Of a stretch of 64,000 bases of DNA, positions 52,198-61,214 are shown in pieces. Where the stretch lies: NCBI GenBank assembly GCA_021803945.1, contig JAJZKW010000001.1:77127-141126 (forward strand), written 5' to 3'. The stretch's first letter is position 1; every line of letters begins with the position of its first letter. Source of the DNA: Candidatus Micrarchaeota archaeon. GTDB taxonomy: Archaea; Micrarchaeota; Micrarchaeia; Micrarchaeales; CABMGC01. Position numbers and translations under genes: made by a program. Below the pieces are notes generated by a model. It was given only the letters and a program-made list of their open reading frames with translations, did not search any database and was not told where the DNA came from.

Positions 52198-52215
52198 AAA
52201 CGCTGGGTACGAGAA
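52198..52215. repeat. Direct repeat (proximal copy) = tRNA-Ser(GCU) 3' end
   Basis: See 51400-51417. Confidence 0.85.
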
Positions 52216-52284
52216 TCGAACTCGTGTAGGTCTTGCGACCAAACAGGTTAGCAACCTGCCGCCCTACCACTAGGCGAACCCAGC
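52201..52284 (-). tRNA. tRNA-Ser (anticodon GCU), no intron
   Basis: Reverse complement: GCTGGGT TC GCC..TAGTGGTA..GGCG GCAGG TTGCTAA CCTGT, long variable arm TTGGTCGCAAGACCTAC, T arm ACGAGTTCGATTCTCGT, ACCCAGC G. Confidence 0.85.
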
Positions 52285-52293
52285 ATGGGTAAA

Positions 52294-52587
52294 GCGCAGC
52301 AGAAGCAGCCTTGCATAATAAAGATGCATAGGATTGCCATGAATCCACTCAATCCTGTATCTTTAGAGCATAGCCCTTTGTACGTGTGGGTGCGCATGCA
52401 CAGACACTATATACTTAGGGTTGCTCCTTCCGGCCTGGCCCGATTCATATAGAGAGCTACCACCAAAGGCAGGATCTCAACATTTCAACATGGGTCCCAT
52501 GCACCTATATTATACTCGGCTAGCATTGGCCCACCTAAGGGGACTTGTGGTGTGGAAAACCCCTAGCTTCCCGCCTATCTGCTGCAT
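52294..52587 (-). ncRNA. Signal recognition particle RNA (7S RNA)
   Basis: The minus strand contains the helix-8 motif ccaggccggaaggagcaacc (52419-52440). 5' gcagcaga (from 52585) pairs with 3' tctgctgc (to ~52296). About 290 nt, typical archaeal size. Ends are approximate. Confidence 0.7.
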
Positions 52588-52608
52588 ATATAGTTCACTT
52601 ACAAAACC

Positions 52609-52617
52609 TTATATAAA
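52609..52617 (-). promoter_or_regulatory. TATA box candidate for the SRP RNA
   Basis: Minus-strand tttatataa is centred ~27 nt upstream of the predicted SRP RNA 5' end. Confidence 0.45.
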
Positions 52618-52656
52618 TTGGCGTTCATTGATTATTGACATTAACAAGGTGCCAAA

Positions 52657-53064
52657 TTGAACTATGATCAATTGCTTGACAGGGCGTTTGAACTGCTGCC
52701 TGGACTGTCTGAGGAGAAGGTAGATTTCAAGATACCAGAAGTGGATTCGCTGCTGCAGGGAAACAAGACAATAATAAAGAACATATCTCAGATAGCGAAC
52801 GTGGCCAGGAGAGACAGGGGAGACATTGCCAAGTACTTGACTAAAGAGCTTGCAGCCCCTGTAACATTGGATGAGCAGAAACTCAGCATAATGACAAAGG
52901 TATCGGCAAACACGCTGAACGAGAAGATAAAAAGATACTTCGAGATGTACATAGTGTGCAAGGAGTGCCACAAGCCAGACACGCACGTTGCAGGGGTGGA
53001 CAGGGGATACACCACGATAGTCTGCGAGGCATGCGGAGCCAGGTACACTGTAAAGAACTCATAG
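52657..53064 (+). CDS. eif2b: Translation initiation factor aIF-2 beta subunit
   Basis: 135-aa ORF (TTG start). YDQLLDRAFELLP...GNKTIIKN...YIVCKECHKPDT...CEACGA zinc ribbon. Confidence 0.85.
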   Translation: MNYDQLLDRAFELLPGLSEEKVDFKIPEVDSLLQGNKTIIKNISQIANVARRDRGDIAKYLTKELAAPVTLDEQKLSIMTKVSANTLNEKIKRYFEMYIVCKECHKPDTHVAGVDRGYTTIVCEACGARYTVKNS

Positions 53065-53075
53065 AGGATTTTTAG

Positions 53076-53420
53076 ATGCAGAGAAGACCACAGCATAGGG
53101 GAGGGCATGGAAGCTACAGGAAGCGCCCTGGGCAGACCGAAGAGCGCAGGATAGTGCTGCCGAGGGACAATGAGATAGTCGGGGTCGTTTCGAACGCATT
53201 AGGCGCCTCTAAATTCAGGGTCCAGTGTTCTGACAACAAGGAGAGGATATGTGCTATACCAGGAAGGCTGAAGAGGCAGTTCTGGATAAAGGAGGGAGAC
53301 ATAGTCCTAGTAAGGCCGTGGGTGGTGCAGGGCGACGAAAAGGGAGATGTAATATACAGGTACAGCATAATGGACAAGGATACGCTTAAGCAGAAGGGTT
53401 TCAACATACCTACAATATGA
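53076..53420 (+). CDS. eif1a: Translation initiation factor aIF-1A
   Basis: 114-aa ORF. VGVVSNALGASKFRVQCSDNKERICAIPGRLKRQFWIKEGDIVLVRPW is the S1-like eIF1A core. Confidence 0.85.
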   Translation: MQRRPQHRGGHGSYRKRPGQTEERRIVLPRDNEIVGVVSNALGASKFRVQCSDNKERICAIPGRLKRQFWIKEGDIVLVRPWVVQGDEKGDVIYRYSIMDKDTLKQKGFNIPTI

Positions 53421-53432
53421 CTTTGCAGCCTG

Positions 53433-54197
53433 TCATTTCTTCATTACATATGAAAGGGTTTCCTTTTCATCCCTTTCTACCTTATACTTCCTGCTGAAAT
53501 AGTAAAGTATGTTGTGGATGTCCCTTTCTAGGAAGAGCATTGATTTTGGATGGTTAAGCACTACTGCCTGGCCAAAATCTATTATGTATGGTGTATCGCC
53601 TTTCATGAGTATGTTATATTCGCTTATGTCTCCGTGCACAAGCTCTGCAGAGTAAAGCTTCTTTATGTCACCCAGTATTGCATCAAGCACTTGTTCCGGA
53701 TCCTCTAGCCTGGTGTTCTTTAGCGTCTGCGCAGGCATATCCTCATTGCTTAGGAACTCTATGGCGAGTATATTGTCTTTGAAGTAGTACGGCAGCGGCG
53801 CATGAACTCCTGCCATCTCTGCAATCCTCAGGTTCCCATACTCCTTCTTGCACCATGTGGTTACCACGGAATACATGTCCCTTTTGTTTATCTTCTCGAA
53901 CCTGGGATCTCCGAGCATGTAGTCTATCCTCTTGTCAAAGCTCGACGTCTCAATGCGGAATATCTTGAGTATCACGTAGCTCTCGTTCACTTCCTTGCCA
54001 GCATCCGCGACGTAGATGTTCGCTTCCTTTCCCTTCGCGATCATGAAATCCAGTTTAGAGATTATGTTATGGTTGAACATCCTCCATAGCGCCATCACTG
54101 TCCTTTTCTCGAAGACGCCCTCCTCAATCTTCTCCTGTTCTTTGATCATGTGCTTATCCCTTGCGGGCCTCTTCCTCGTGCTCAGCTTCCTTGACAT
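53433..54197 (-). CDS. rio1: RIO-type serine/threonine protein kinase (Rio1-like)
   Basis: 254-aa ORF. IAKGKEANIYVA flexible-loop region, ILKIFR, LVHGDISEYNILM, IIDFGQAV. Confidence 0.8.
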   Translation of the reverse strand: MSRKLSTRKRPARDKHMIKEQEKIEEGVFEKRTVMALWRMFNHNIISKLDFMIAKGKEANIYVADAGKEVNESYVILKIFRIETSSFDKRIDYMLGDPRFEKINKRDMYSVVTTWCKKEYGNLRIAEMAGVHAPLPYYFKDNILAIEFLSNEDMPAQTLKNTRLEDPEQVLDAILGDIKKLYSAELVHGDISEYNILMKGDTPYIIDFGQAVVLNHPKSMLFLERDIHNILYYFSRKYKVERDEKETLSYVMKK

Positions 54198-54253
54198 GGA
54201 TTCACGCTAATTTTAGACAATATACTTAAATAGGTAGAGAACATTTATCTATC

Positions 54254-54901
54254 ATGCAGGCTTTCAGGATAATCGTTGATAATAGGGAGAGGAATCTTGA
54301 TATACTGCAGTCGCTTTCCGAGTTTGGCATAGACCTCAGCTTCGCGCAGCTCCCTGTCGGGGATTATATCGTGTCTGACAGGATCTGCATTGAAAGGAAA
54401 ACTGTGTCCGATTTTGAGAATTCAATAATCGACAACCGCCTCTTCGACCAGCTGGGCAGGCTCAAGGAGAGCTTCGAGAAGCCGATACTCATAATAGAGG
54501 GGTATGAAGGCGACTACAGATTGGGCAGCAATGTAATAATGGGGACCGTGCTTAAATTGTACCTGGATTACAATGTGCAGGTTATAAATTCCATTAGCGC
54601 AGAGGAGACTGCAGTCATACTTTCTAAGTTTGCAGAGAGGGAGCAGGGAGAAGACAGTAGGGAACCCCGGGTGATGGGCCTAAAGAAGGCTCATACTACA
54701 TACCAATGGCAGGCGATGATGCTCAGTTCGGTGCCTGGAATAGGGCCTCGGCTGGCGCACGAGCTGCTCAGGCACTTCAAGACAATCAGGAACATAGCCG
54801 CTACTGATGTCGAAACGCTCATGAAGGTCGACGGGGTCGGCAGGAAGAAGGCGGAAGCCATATACAAAGTCATAAACTCAGAGTTTGAGGATGAGGGGTA
54901 A
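54254..54901 (+). CDS. ERCC4-family structure-specific nuclease (short XPF/Hef-type) with C-terminal (HhH)2
   Basis: 215-aa ORF. VDNRE, GDYIVSDRICIERKTVSDF (the GDxnERKx3D signature), and C-terminal SVPGIGPRLAHELL...VDGVGRKKAEAI. Confidence 0.8.
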   Translation: MQAFRIIVDNRERNLDILQSLSEFGIDLSFAQLPVGDYIVSDRICIERKTVSDFENSIIDNRLFDQLGRLKESFEKPILIIEGYEGDYRLGSNVIMGTVLKLYLDYNVQVINSISAEETAVILSKFAEREQGEDSREPRVMGLKKAHTTYQWQAMMLSSVPGIGPRLAHELLRHFKTIRNIAATDVETLMKVDGVGRKKAEAIYKVINSEFEDEG

Positions 54902-54903
54902 GC

Positions 54904-55539
54904 GTGAGGATTCTTGACAGGATACTCTATGGGAGCATGGAGTACGACGTATTCGATAGGAGCAAGAGGATAATAGACCAGGCGGCTGCCGCAAACAAGA
55001 TACTTGTCAAGATAATAAACGGGTCAAATGCACTGGACACCATACATGAAATAGAACATATTGCAGATAACGAGGTATTCGAGATAACCAATTCCGTGAC
55101 ATCTGGAGGGATAGCGCCTAACTTGATAGACGATGTCATACAATTCTTGAATAAGGAAGATGACATAGTAGATATAATATTCAACCTGTCAAGGGCGATA
55201 GTGAGATACAGGAAGACGAAGAAAGACATAGACAGATATACTAAAACAAGGCTCCTCGCTCTCACTAGCCTGATAAATTCTGCGCTCATACTGCTTTATG
55301 AGATGCATAAAGCAAACACGCTAAAAGGAGCTAGGCGAATCAGGGCCAAGATAAAGGTGATAGAGCATGAGGGGGACGTACTGAAGGATGCGCTGCTGGA
55401 CTATGCGTATGAGCACAGGATGGATTTCAGGTCTTTTTATTATGTCCAGAGCGTGGCTTATTTTTCGGATGACATACTTGATGCGTGCGAGGACACGTCT
55501 GACATGATAGTCAGCATAATGAGTTCTGTGATAACGTAG
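54904..55539 (+). CDS. DUF47 (PhoU-like) phosphate-transport accessory protein
   Basis: 211-aa all-helical ORF (GTG start) immediately upstream of a PiT transporter, the usual DUF47-PiT pairing. Confidence 0.55.
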   Translation: MRILDRILYGSMEYDVFDRSKRIIDQAAAANKILVKIINGSNALDTIHEIEHIADNEVFEITNSVTSGGIAPNLIDDVIQFLNKEDDIVDIIFNLSRAIVRYRKTKKDIDRYTKTRLLALTSLINSALILLYEMHKANTLKGARRIRAKIKVIEHEGDVLKDALLDYAYEHRMDFRSFYYVQSVAYFSDDILDACEDTSDMIVSIMSSVIT

Positions 55540-55546
55540 TGGTTCT

Positions 55547-56488
55547 TTGCTTGCCCTGCTGATATACGCATTGCTCTTCCTCTTGGTGGCTATCGTATCT
55601 GGAAATAACCTATCGGCATGCTCAGGCGCAGTCATATCCAGCAGGATAGTGGGGGAGAAGGCGGGCATATTTATAACGATATTGGGTTACGTATCCGGAT
55701 TCTTAATCCAGGGAGGGTTGCTTAAGGCAGGGTTGGCCGCCATCATGCCCGCGCAGTCTGGGTATCTCGTGGCAATAGCGCTAACAATAGCGCTTCTAGT
55801 ATTCATTATCGCACACCGCCTCAGGGTCCCGCAATCGTTAACCGTAACTTTTGCCATGATACTCATAGGCATAGAGATCGCGTATGGAAAGATGCCGAAC
55901 ACCATATTCGTGTTTTATATGGTGGCCTTCTGGGTGCTTTCAGCTGCATTTGCAGGCATGCTTACACTCGCATTGATGAAGATCGCAAGGAAGCGTATGG
56001 AAAGCTCTAGGATCTGGGTAGCTGTCGGGAGGCTAAAGCTTTTGCTTATAGCGGTCTCCTTCCTCACCGCCTTTGTACTTGGAGCAAACACAATAGGATT
56101 CGTTTTTGCATCTGTATCAGGGCTGACAAACCAGATCTACGCCACAATAATAACGATAGCTGCGATAGTGGCGGGGAGCCTGCTATTGAGCAAGGGAGAG
56201 CTGAACAGGATTGGGAATGAGATCATTTCGCTAAGGTATCTCAACGCGTTTGTATTGCAATCGATTTCAGTAATGCTTGTCGAGCTCGCGACAATCCTGA
56301 GCATACCGGCATCAAATACGCAGATATTCACCGCAAGCCTTTACGGTGCCGGAGTCAGCTATAGGACAAGGATGATAAGGAGGAGGCCCATGTTCATTAT
56401 AATCTTCTCGTGGCTGGCTACTGCAATCATAGGCCTAGCCGCGGGCTATGCAGCAACTACCGTTGCTTATCATCTCTTATTGGTATGA
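55547..56488 (+). CDS. Inorganic phosphate transporter, PiT (PHO4) family
   Basis: 313-aa polytopic ORF (TTG start). N-terminal GNNLSAC.. (compare the GANDVAN-type motif) and a second-half GANTIGF repeat. Confidence 0.65.
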   Translation: MLALLIYALLFLLVAIVSGNNLSACSGAVISSRIVGEKAGIFITILGYVSGFLIQGGLLKAGLAAIMPAQSGYLVAIALTIALLVFIIAHRLRVPQSLTVTFAMILIGIEIAYGKMPNTIFVFYMVAFWVLSAAFAGMLTLALMKIARKRMESSRIWVAVGRLKLLLIAVSFLTAFVLGANTIGFVFASVSGLTNQIYATIITIAAIVAGSLLLSKGELNRIGNEIISLRYLNAFVLQSISVMLVELATILSIPASNTQIFTASLYGAGVSYRTRMIRRRPMFIIIFSWLATAIIGLAAGYAATTVAYHLLLV

Positions 56489-56939
56489 TGGCAATCCTGC
56501 TGCTTTTCTCCGGATGAAGCTTCAGCTTGTATCTCCTCACTATTTTTAACTTGAATCTGGAGACAAGAGCTTCAAGGATCCTTGGGCTGCTTGAAAATAT
56601 TATGAATTCGCTGCCTCGCGCGCTTGCCCTTTCTATGGCATTCCCTATGTTCATGGTCCCCGACACGAAAAGCATTATCTCAAGCGCGAATGACCTGGAG
56701 CGAAGGCTATTGTCGGATCTCCTTATTGCTGCATTTATGTAGGAAGGCAGGAGCCTGTCCTCTATTCCGCTCGACGGGTTCAGTATCAGGGCAAAATCTT
56801 TTCCTCTTGACAGTCTCCTGGCTTCAGCTATCACCTCCTCTGTGCCAGAATCGCTTCTTGCAAGGGCAGCCGCAGGGGCTGGGCTTAGTTTCGGGGTTTC
56901 GTACATGATGATCTTTTTTGCATTTGTGCCATTGACCAA
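56457..56939 (-). CDS. cgi121: KEOPS complex subunit Cgi121
   Basis: 160-aa ORF. SRSFALEIMLFVSGTMNIGNAIERASARG aligns with M. jannaschii Cgi121 AKSFWMEILVRASGQRQIHEAIKIIGAKDG. The true start may be an internal Met. Confidence 0.6.
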   Translation of the reverse strand: MVNGTNAKKIIMYETPKLSPAPAAALARSDSGTEEVIAEARRLSRGKDFALILNPSSGIEDRLLPSYINAAIRRSDNSLRSRSFALEIMLFVSGTMNIGNAIERASARGSEFIIFSSSPRILEALVSRFKLKIVRRYKLKLHPEKSSRIAIIPIRDDKQR

Positions 56940-56999
56940 CTGATTTAAAACCCTTTATATCGTATATATTATTAATTATAACGATACTTAGTGATAAAT

Positions 57000-57392
57000 A
57001 TGAGCCAGTTTGGATCGCAATTGCATGGAAAATCCCGCAGGAAGCTTAAAGGGAACGGCAAAGTAAGGCTGAAGAACAGGGACAAGAAAAGGCACGAGAT
57101 GGGAGGATACTTCTCATCTACGAAGCTTGCGGACAAGAGCGTGGTCAAGAGGATGAGAGGCCGGGGTGGGAACGGCAAAGACAGGCTGCAGTACGCGGGA
57201 TTCGCAAACCTGCTTGTCGGAAAGAGCTACAAGAAAGTGAAGATCAAGGCCATCATGGAGTCGAAGGATAACAGGAATTTCGCAAGGCTTAACATAATCA
57301 CTAAGGGCACGGTTATAGATACTGACGAGGGGAGAGCCATGGTGACCAACAGGCCAGGCAGGGAAGGCTTCATAAACGCGGTAAAGGTTTGA
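57000..57392 (+). CDS. rps8e: 30S ribosomal protein eS8 (S8e)
   Basis: MSQFGSQLHGKSRRKLKGNGK...GGN.K.RL......N......KVKI..........R.NIITKG..I. ATG at 57000 preferred to the track's GTG at 56991. Confidence 0.85.
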   Translation: MSQFGSQLHGKSRRKLKGNGKVRLKNRDKKRHEMGGYFSSTKLADKSVVKRMRGRGGNGKDRLQYAGFANLLVGKSYKKVKIKAIMESKDNRNFARLNIITKGTVIDTDEGRAMVTNRPGREGFINAVKV

Positions 57393-57458
57393 GGTGCTAG
57401 AATTCCAATACGGACATATATCTGCGATCAGAAGGATGCAGAAAACGCCAAGAAAGTC

Positions 57459-57776
57459 ATGAGCTATGATCCATTCCTAGACAAGAGCTTCACCGGGGAA
57501 CAGCTGGAGAAGATGAAGGCAGACGAGGACGCCAATATAATATTCGCAAGGCAGGACTACTGGATAAAGGACGGGATAAGCCTAGGGCTCGACAGGGACA
57601 AATATTACATTGTGATAAGCGCTGTGGAAGAATTTTTGAACAAGGCCGAGCCGAAACTTAAAAAAACCATTCCTGGAATAAAGAGGGCAGACCCGGAGAT
57701 TGAGGCCAAAGTAATCGCAGAGATAGAGAAAGAGAGAAACGAGAGCGAAAGCGGATTAGGAATGATTTTCGGGTAG
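57459..57776 (+). CDS. Hypothetical 105-aa protein ending in a ribosomal P-stalk-like C-terminal tail
   Basis: The C-terminus ...EIEKERNESESGLGMIFG* resembles the archaeal P1/P0 tail ...EEALAGLSALFG*. The N-terminal ~70 aa do not resemble the P1 dimerisation domain. Confidence 0.4.
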   Translation: MSYDPFLDKSFTGEQLEKMKADEDANIIFARQDYWIKDGISLGLDRDKYYIVISAVEEFLNKAEPKLKKTIPGIKRADPEIEAKVIAEIEKERNESESGLGMIFG

Positions 57777-57781
57777 GTAAA

Positions 57782-58687
57782 TTGAACCTGATTAGCTCAA
57801 TGGATCTGTCACCTGCCCAGATAAGGAGGCTGTTCCAGCTCTCCGATTCGCTGAAGGACAGGTCAAAGCACCCCCTATCAAAGACGAGGCCGATCCTTTC
57901 GCTACTTTTCGAGAAGTCGTCAACAAGGACAAGAGTATCGTTCGAATCCGCAATGATACAGCTTGGAGGAAGCTCCATATACCTTGACACCAGGACATCG
58001 CAGATCGCGAGAGGGGAAACCATCGCTGACACCGCGAGGGTCCTGAGCTCTTACGTTGACATAATAGCTGCAAGGATGGGCAGGCAGAAGGATATAGAGG
58101 AGCTGGCCAAATACTCCTCTGTGCCGGTGATAAACGCGCTTACAGACCTTGAACACCCGTGCCAGGCCCTGAGCGATGTATACACCATAAGGCAGGTGTT
58201 CGGGAAGATCAAGGGGCTGCACATAGCATTCGTAGGCGATATTGCTACAAACACGGCCAATTCACTGATGGTAACTGCGGCCAAGATGGGGGCTGACGTG
58301 TCGCTTATAGGGCCTGACGGGTGCAAGCCGGACATGCATTATGTGAACGAAGCGATAAAGAGTTCCTCTTTGGTGGAGATATCCAATGACCTTGAGGGAG
58401 GGCTCCAGGGCTGCGATGTCATATACACAGACACTTTCGTAAGCATGGGGGAGGAAGGAGAGGCTGCGAAGAGGAGGAAGATGTTCTCAAGATACCAGAT
58501 TAACAGCAGGGTGTTGAAGTACGCGAAGAAGGACGCAAGGGTGATGCACTGCCTTCCTGCCCACCGCGGGGAGGAGATAACCTCGGATGTTCTTGACGGA
58601 AAACAGAGCATAGCATGGCAGCAGGCAGCCAACAAGATGCTGGTTGAAAAGGCGATACTATTATATTTGTTGAACAATGAGGAATAG
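57782..58687 (+). CDS. argF: Ornithine carbamoyltransferase
   Basis: 301-aa ORF (TTG start). FEKSSTRTRVSFE, HPCQALSD, DTFVSMGEE, HCLPAHRGEE motifs. Confidence 0.8.
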   Translation: MNLISSMDLSPAQIRRLFQLSDSLKDRSKHPLSKTRPILSLLFEKSSTRTRVSFESAMIQLGGSSIYLDTRTSQIARGETIADTARVLSSYVDIIAARMGRQKDIEELAKYSSVPVINALTDLEHPCQALSDVYTIRQVFGKIKGLHIAFVGDIATNTANSLMVTAAKMGADVSLIGPDGCKPDMHYVNEAIKSSSLVEISNDLEGGLQGCDVIYTDTFVSMGEEGEAAKRRKMFSRYQINSRVLKYAKKDARVMHCLPAHRGEEITSDVLDGKQSIAWQQAANKMLVEKAILLYLLNNEE

Positions 58688-59378
58688 TGATGCAATGACC
58701 GATACCATCTGCATATCACTGGGCGGCAGCATAATATCCAGGAGGAACGGGGCCAATGTTTCCTATATACGAAGGCTGTCCACCATCCTGAAGAAGTACA
58801 GCAGGAACAAGTTCATAATCACGGTCGGTGGAGGGTACGCTTCAAGGCTGTACATAAAATCATCCAGGCCGATAATCAAGAACGAGGCAGTTCTTGACGA
58901 GATAGCAATCGCAATAACAAGGATAAATGCGCTCATAGTCAAGGACCTGCTCTCTGACATGGATGTTTACCCGAATATAGTAACAGACCTTAACGAGCTT
59001 AGGACGGCGACCAAGAACAATGGAATCGTAGTCATGGGTGGACTGCTTCCTGGCATATCAACAGACTCCGTTGCGATACTCGCGTGCGAGGTCGCAGGCA
59101 GCAAGACGCTCATAAACGTGAGCAAGGAGGCATACATCTATGACAGGCCTCCATCGGAAAAAGGGGCGAAGAAGCTTGATACAGTGACGCACAACAGGAT
59201 GATAGAGATCGCGTCGATAAGGGACACGAGGGAAGCCGGATCGAACTTCGTATTCGATCTTGTGGCGAGCAAGCTCGCAAAGAGAGGCAACATAGAGGTG
59301 CGGTTTGTGAATGACGATATAAACGAGCTCTCCCTGGCGATAAGCGGCAGGAAGTACAATGGCACGGTGGTCAAGTGA
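58677..59378 (+). CDS. pyrH: UMP kinase, archaeal type (amino-acid kinase fold)
   Basis: ICISLGGSII..., ITVGGGYASRLYI, ITRINALIV, GGLLPGISTDSVAILACEV. The start is ATG 58677 (11-nt overlap with argF) or ATG 58695. Confidence 0.7.
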   Translation: MRNSDAMTDTICISLGGSIISRRNGANVSYIRRLSTILKKYSRNKFIITVGGGYASRLYIKSSRPIIKNEAVLDEIAIAITRINALIVKDLLSDMDVYPNIVTDLNELRTATKNNGIVVMGGLLPGISTDSVAILACEVAGSKTLINVSKEAYIYDRPPSEKGAKKLDTVTHNRMIEIASIRDTREAGSNFVFDLVASKLAKRGNIEVRFVNDDINELSLAISGRKYNGTVVK

Positions 59379-59463
59379 CGCGCTGTGGATTTGATGCATA
59401 TTGTACATCGATACAAGATGCAAAATAAGCACATTTTATTAGTTTTGACCTCTTTTACTAATC

Positions 59464-61206
59464 ATGGAGCTTCTTGACTACGATATTGTAATCTTGGGTA
59501 GCGGCATTGCAGGATTGACTGCTGCAATACATGCAAGCCATAGATCAAAAGGAAGGCTCAGGATTGCACTGGTCTCCAAGCTTCATGTGATGAGAAGCCA
59601 TTCTGTAGCCGCTGAAGGAGGCATATCAGGAGTCCTTTACCCGAAAGAGAATAAAGACAGCGAAGACCTGCATGCATATGACACTGTGAAGGGATCCGAT
59701 TACCTAGCGGACCAGAATGCCGTTGAGATACTCGTCAAGGGAGCTCCGGAGGAGATAAAGTTCTTTGACCACATAGGCGTGCCGTGGAACAGGATAGGCG
59801 GAGGAAGGGTGTCGCAGCGCCCCTTTGGAGGCATGAGCATCCCAAGGACCGCCTTTGCGGCTGACAAGACAGGGTTCTTCATGATGCGTTCGCTTTATGA
59901 TGAGCTTCTGAGTTACAAGAACATCGACATATTCAACGAGCATTTTGCCACCTCCATCATATCTGACGCTGCAGCTGCGTACGGCTTGGTTGCATTCGAC
60001 ATCTCAAACGGCAAGGTCAAGGCGTTCAGGTCGAAATCAATGATAATAGCAACAGGGGGCTTCTCAAGGGCGTATGGGCTCACCACCAACTCCTATTCGA
60101 ACACCGGAGACGGGACGGCAATGGCATTCAGGTCAGGCTTCCCGCTCAAGGACATGGAATTCGTTCAGTTTCATCCCACGGCGCTGATACCAAGCGGCAT
60201 ACTGATAACAGAAGCCGCGAGGGGCGAAGGAGCCTACCTGCTGAACTCAGAGGGAGAGCGCTTCATGGCAAGGTATGCAAAGAGCAAGATGGAGCTCGCC
60301 CCAAGGGACATAGTATCGCGCGCGATAATAAGCGAGATTGCTGCAGGCAGGGGATTTAAAGATCGTGAATCTGGTCTTGAGTATGTTCATCTTGACCTGA
60401 GGCACCTTGACAGCCGCAGGATAGACGAGAAGCTGCCTATGATAAAGGAGCTGACCATCAAGATGCTGAACATAGACCCGAGCAAGGAGCCGATACCTGT
60501 AAGGCCTGCTGCCCACTTTACAATGGGAGGCATACATACAGACCTGGAGGGCAGGATAGCCAGGGGCGATGGAAAGGGCACTGTTGATGGGATATGGGCT
60601 GCGGGAGAATGCGCATGCGTAAGCGTGCACGGGGCAAACAGGCTGGGAAGCAACTCCCTGAGCCAATGCTCGGTATGGGGCAGGATAACCGGGATTGAGG
60701 CTGCAGACCATGCACTGAAGGATGGCAGGACTTCTGGAGACTTCACGAGCGCAGCAGAGGCAGAGGAGAACCGCATAAACGCGGTCCTTGATCAAAAAGG
60801 CACTATAAGCCCTTATGAGATAAGGGATTCTATGAACAAGGCAATGGATACTCATATGTATGTCTACAGGACTTTAAAGGGCATGAACATTGCCAGGAAG
60901 ACCCTGGCCGGATTGAAGAAGGCGATGAAGCAGGTTTACATAGCGGACAAAGGCAGGATTTACAATACTAACATGAGAGAGGCCTTTGAGATAATGAACC
61001 TTCTGGATCTTGCGATGATAGCCACTGAGAGTGCCATAAGGAGGCATGAAAGCCGAGGGGCGCACGTGGTAACGGAATACCCAAAAAGGGATGACAAAAG
61101 GTGGCTCAAACACACAGTGGCAGTAAAGCAAAAAGGAGGGGGGATAAGATTCAGTTACATCCCGGTTAGCATAACAAACTGGAAGCCCGAGGAAAGGAAA
61201 TACTAG
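59464..61206 (+). CDS. sdhA: Succinate dehydrogenase/fumarate reductase flavoprotein subunit
   Basis: 580-aa [18 protein letters not shown] dinucleotide fold, [11 protein letters not shown] (FAD-linking His), [23 protein letters not shown]. Confidence 0.9.
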   Translation: MELLDYDIVILGSGIAGLTAAIHASHRSKGRLRIALVSKLHVMRSHSVAAEGGISGVLYPKENKDSEDLHAYDTVKGSDYLADQNAVEILVKGAPEEIKFFDHIGVPWNRIGGGRVSQRPFGGMSIPRTAFAADKTGFFMMRSLYDELLSYKNIDIFNEHFATSIISDAAAAYGLVAFDISNGKVKAFRSKSMIIATGGFSRAYGLTTNSYSNTGDGTAMAFRSGFPLKDMEFVQFHPTALIPSGILITEAARGEGAYLLNSEGERFMARYAKSKMELAPRDIVSRAIISEIAAGRGFKDRESGLEYVHLDLRHLDSRRIDEKLPMIKELTIKMLNIDPSKEPIPVRPAAHFTMGGIHTDLEGRIARGDGKGTVDGIWAAGECACVSVHGANRLGSNSLSQCSVWGRITGIEAADHALKDGRTSGDFTSAAEAEENRINAVLDQKGTISPYEIRDSMNKAMDTHMYVYRTLKGMNIARKTLAGLKKAMKQVYIADKGRIYNTNMREAFEIMNLLDLAMIATESAIRRHESRGAHVVTEYPKRDDKRWLKHTVAVKQKGGGIRFSYIPVSITNWKPEERKY

Positions 61207-61214
61207 ATGAGATC

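Noticed and set aside
60247-60855. 202-aa minus-strand ORF and neighbours (60387-60776, 60518-60715)
   Set aside because: Antisense to sdhA in its GC-rich part. Pro/Cys/Ala-rich with no motifs.
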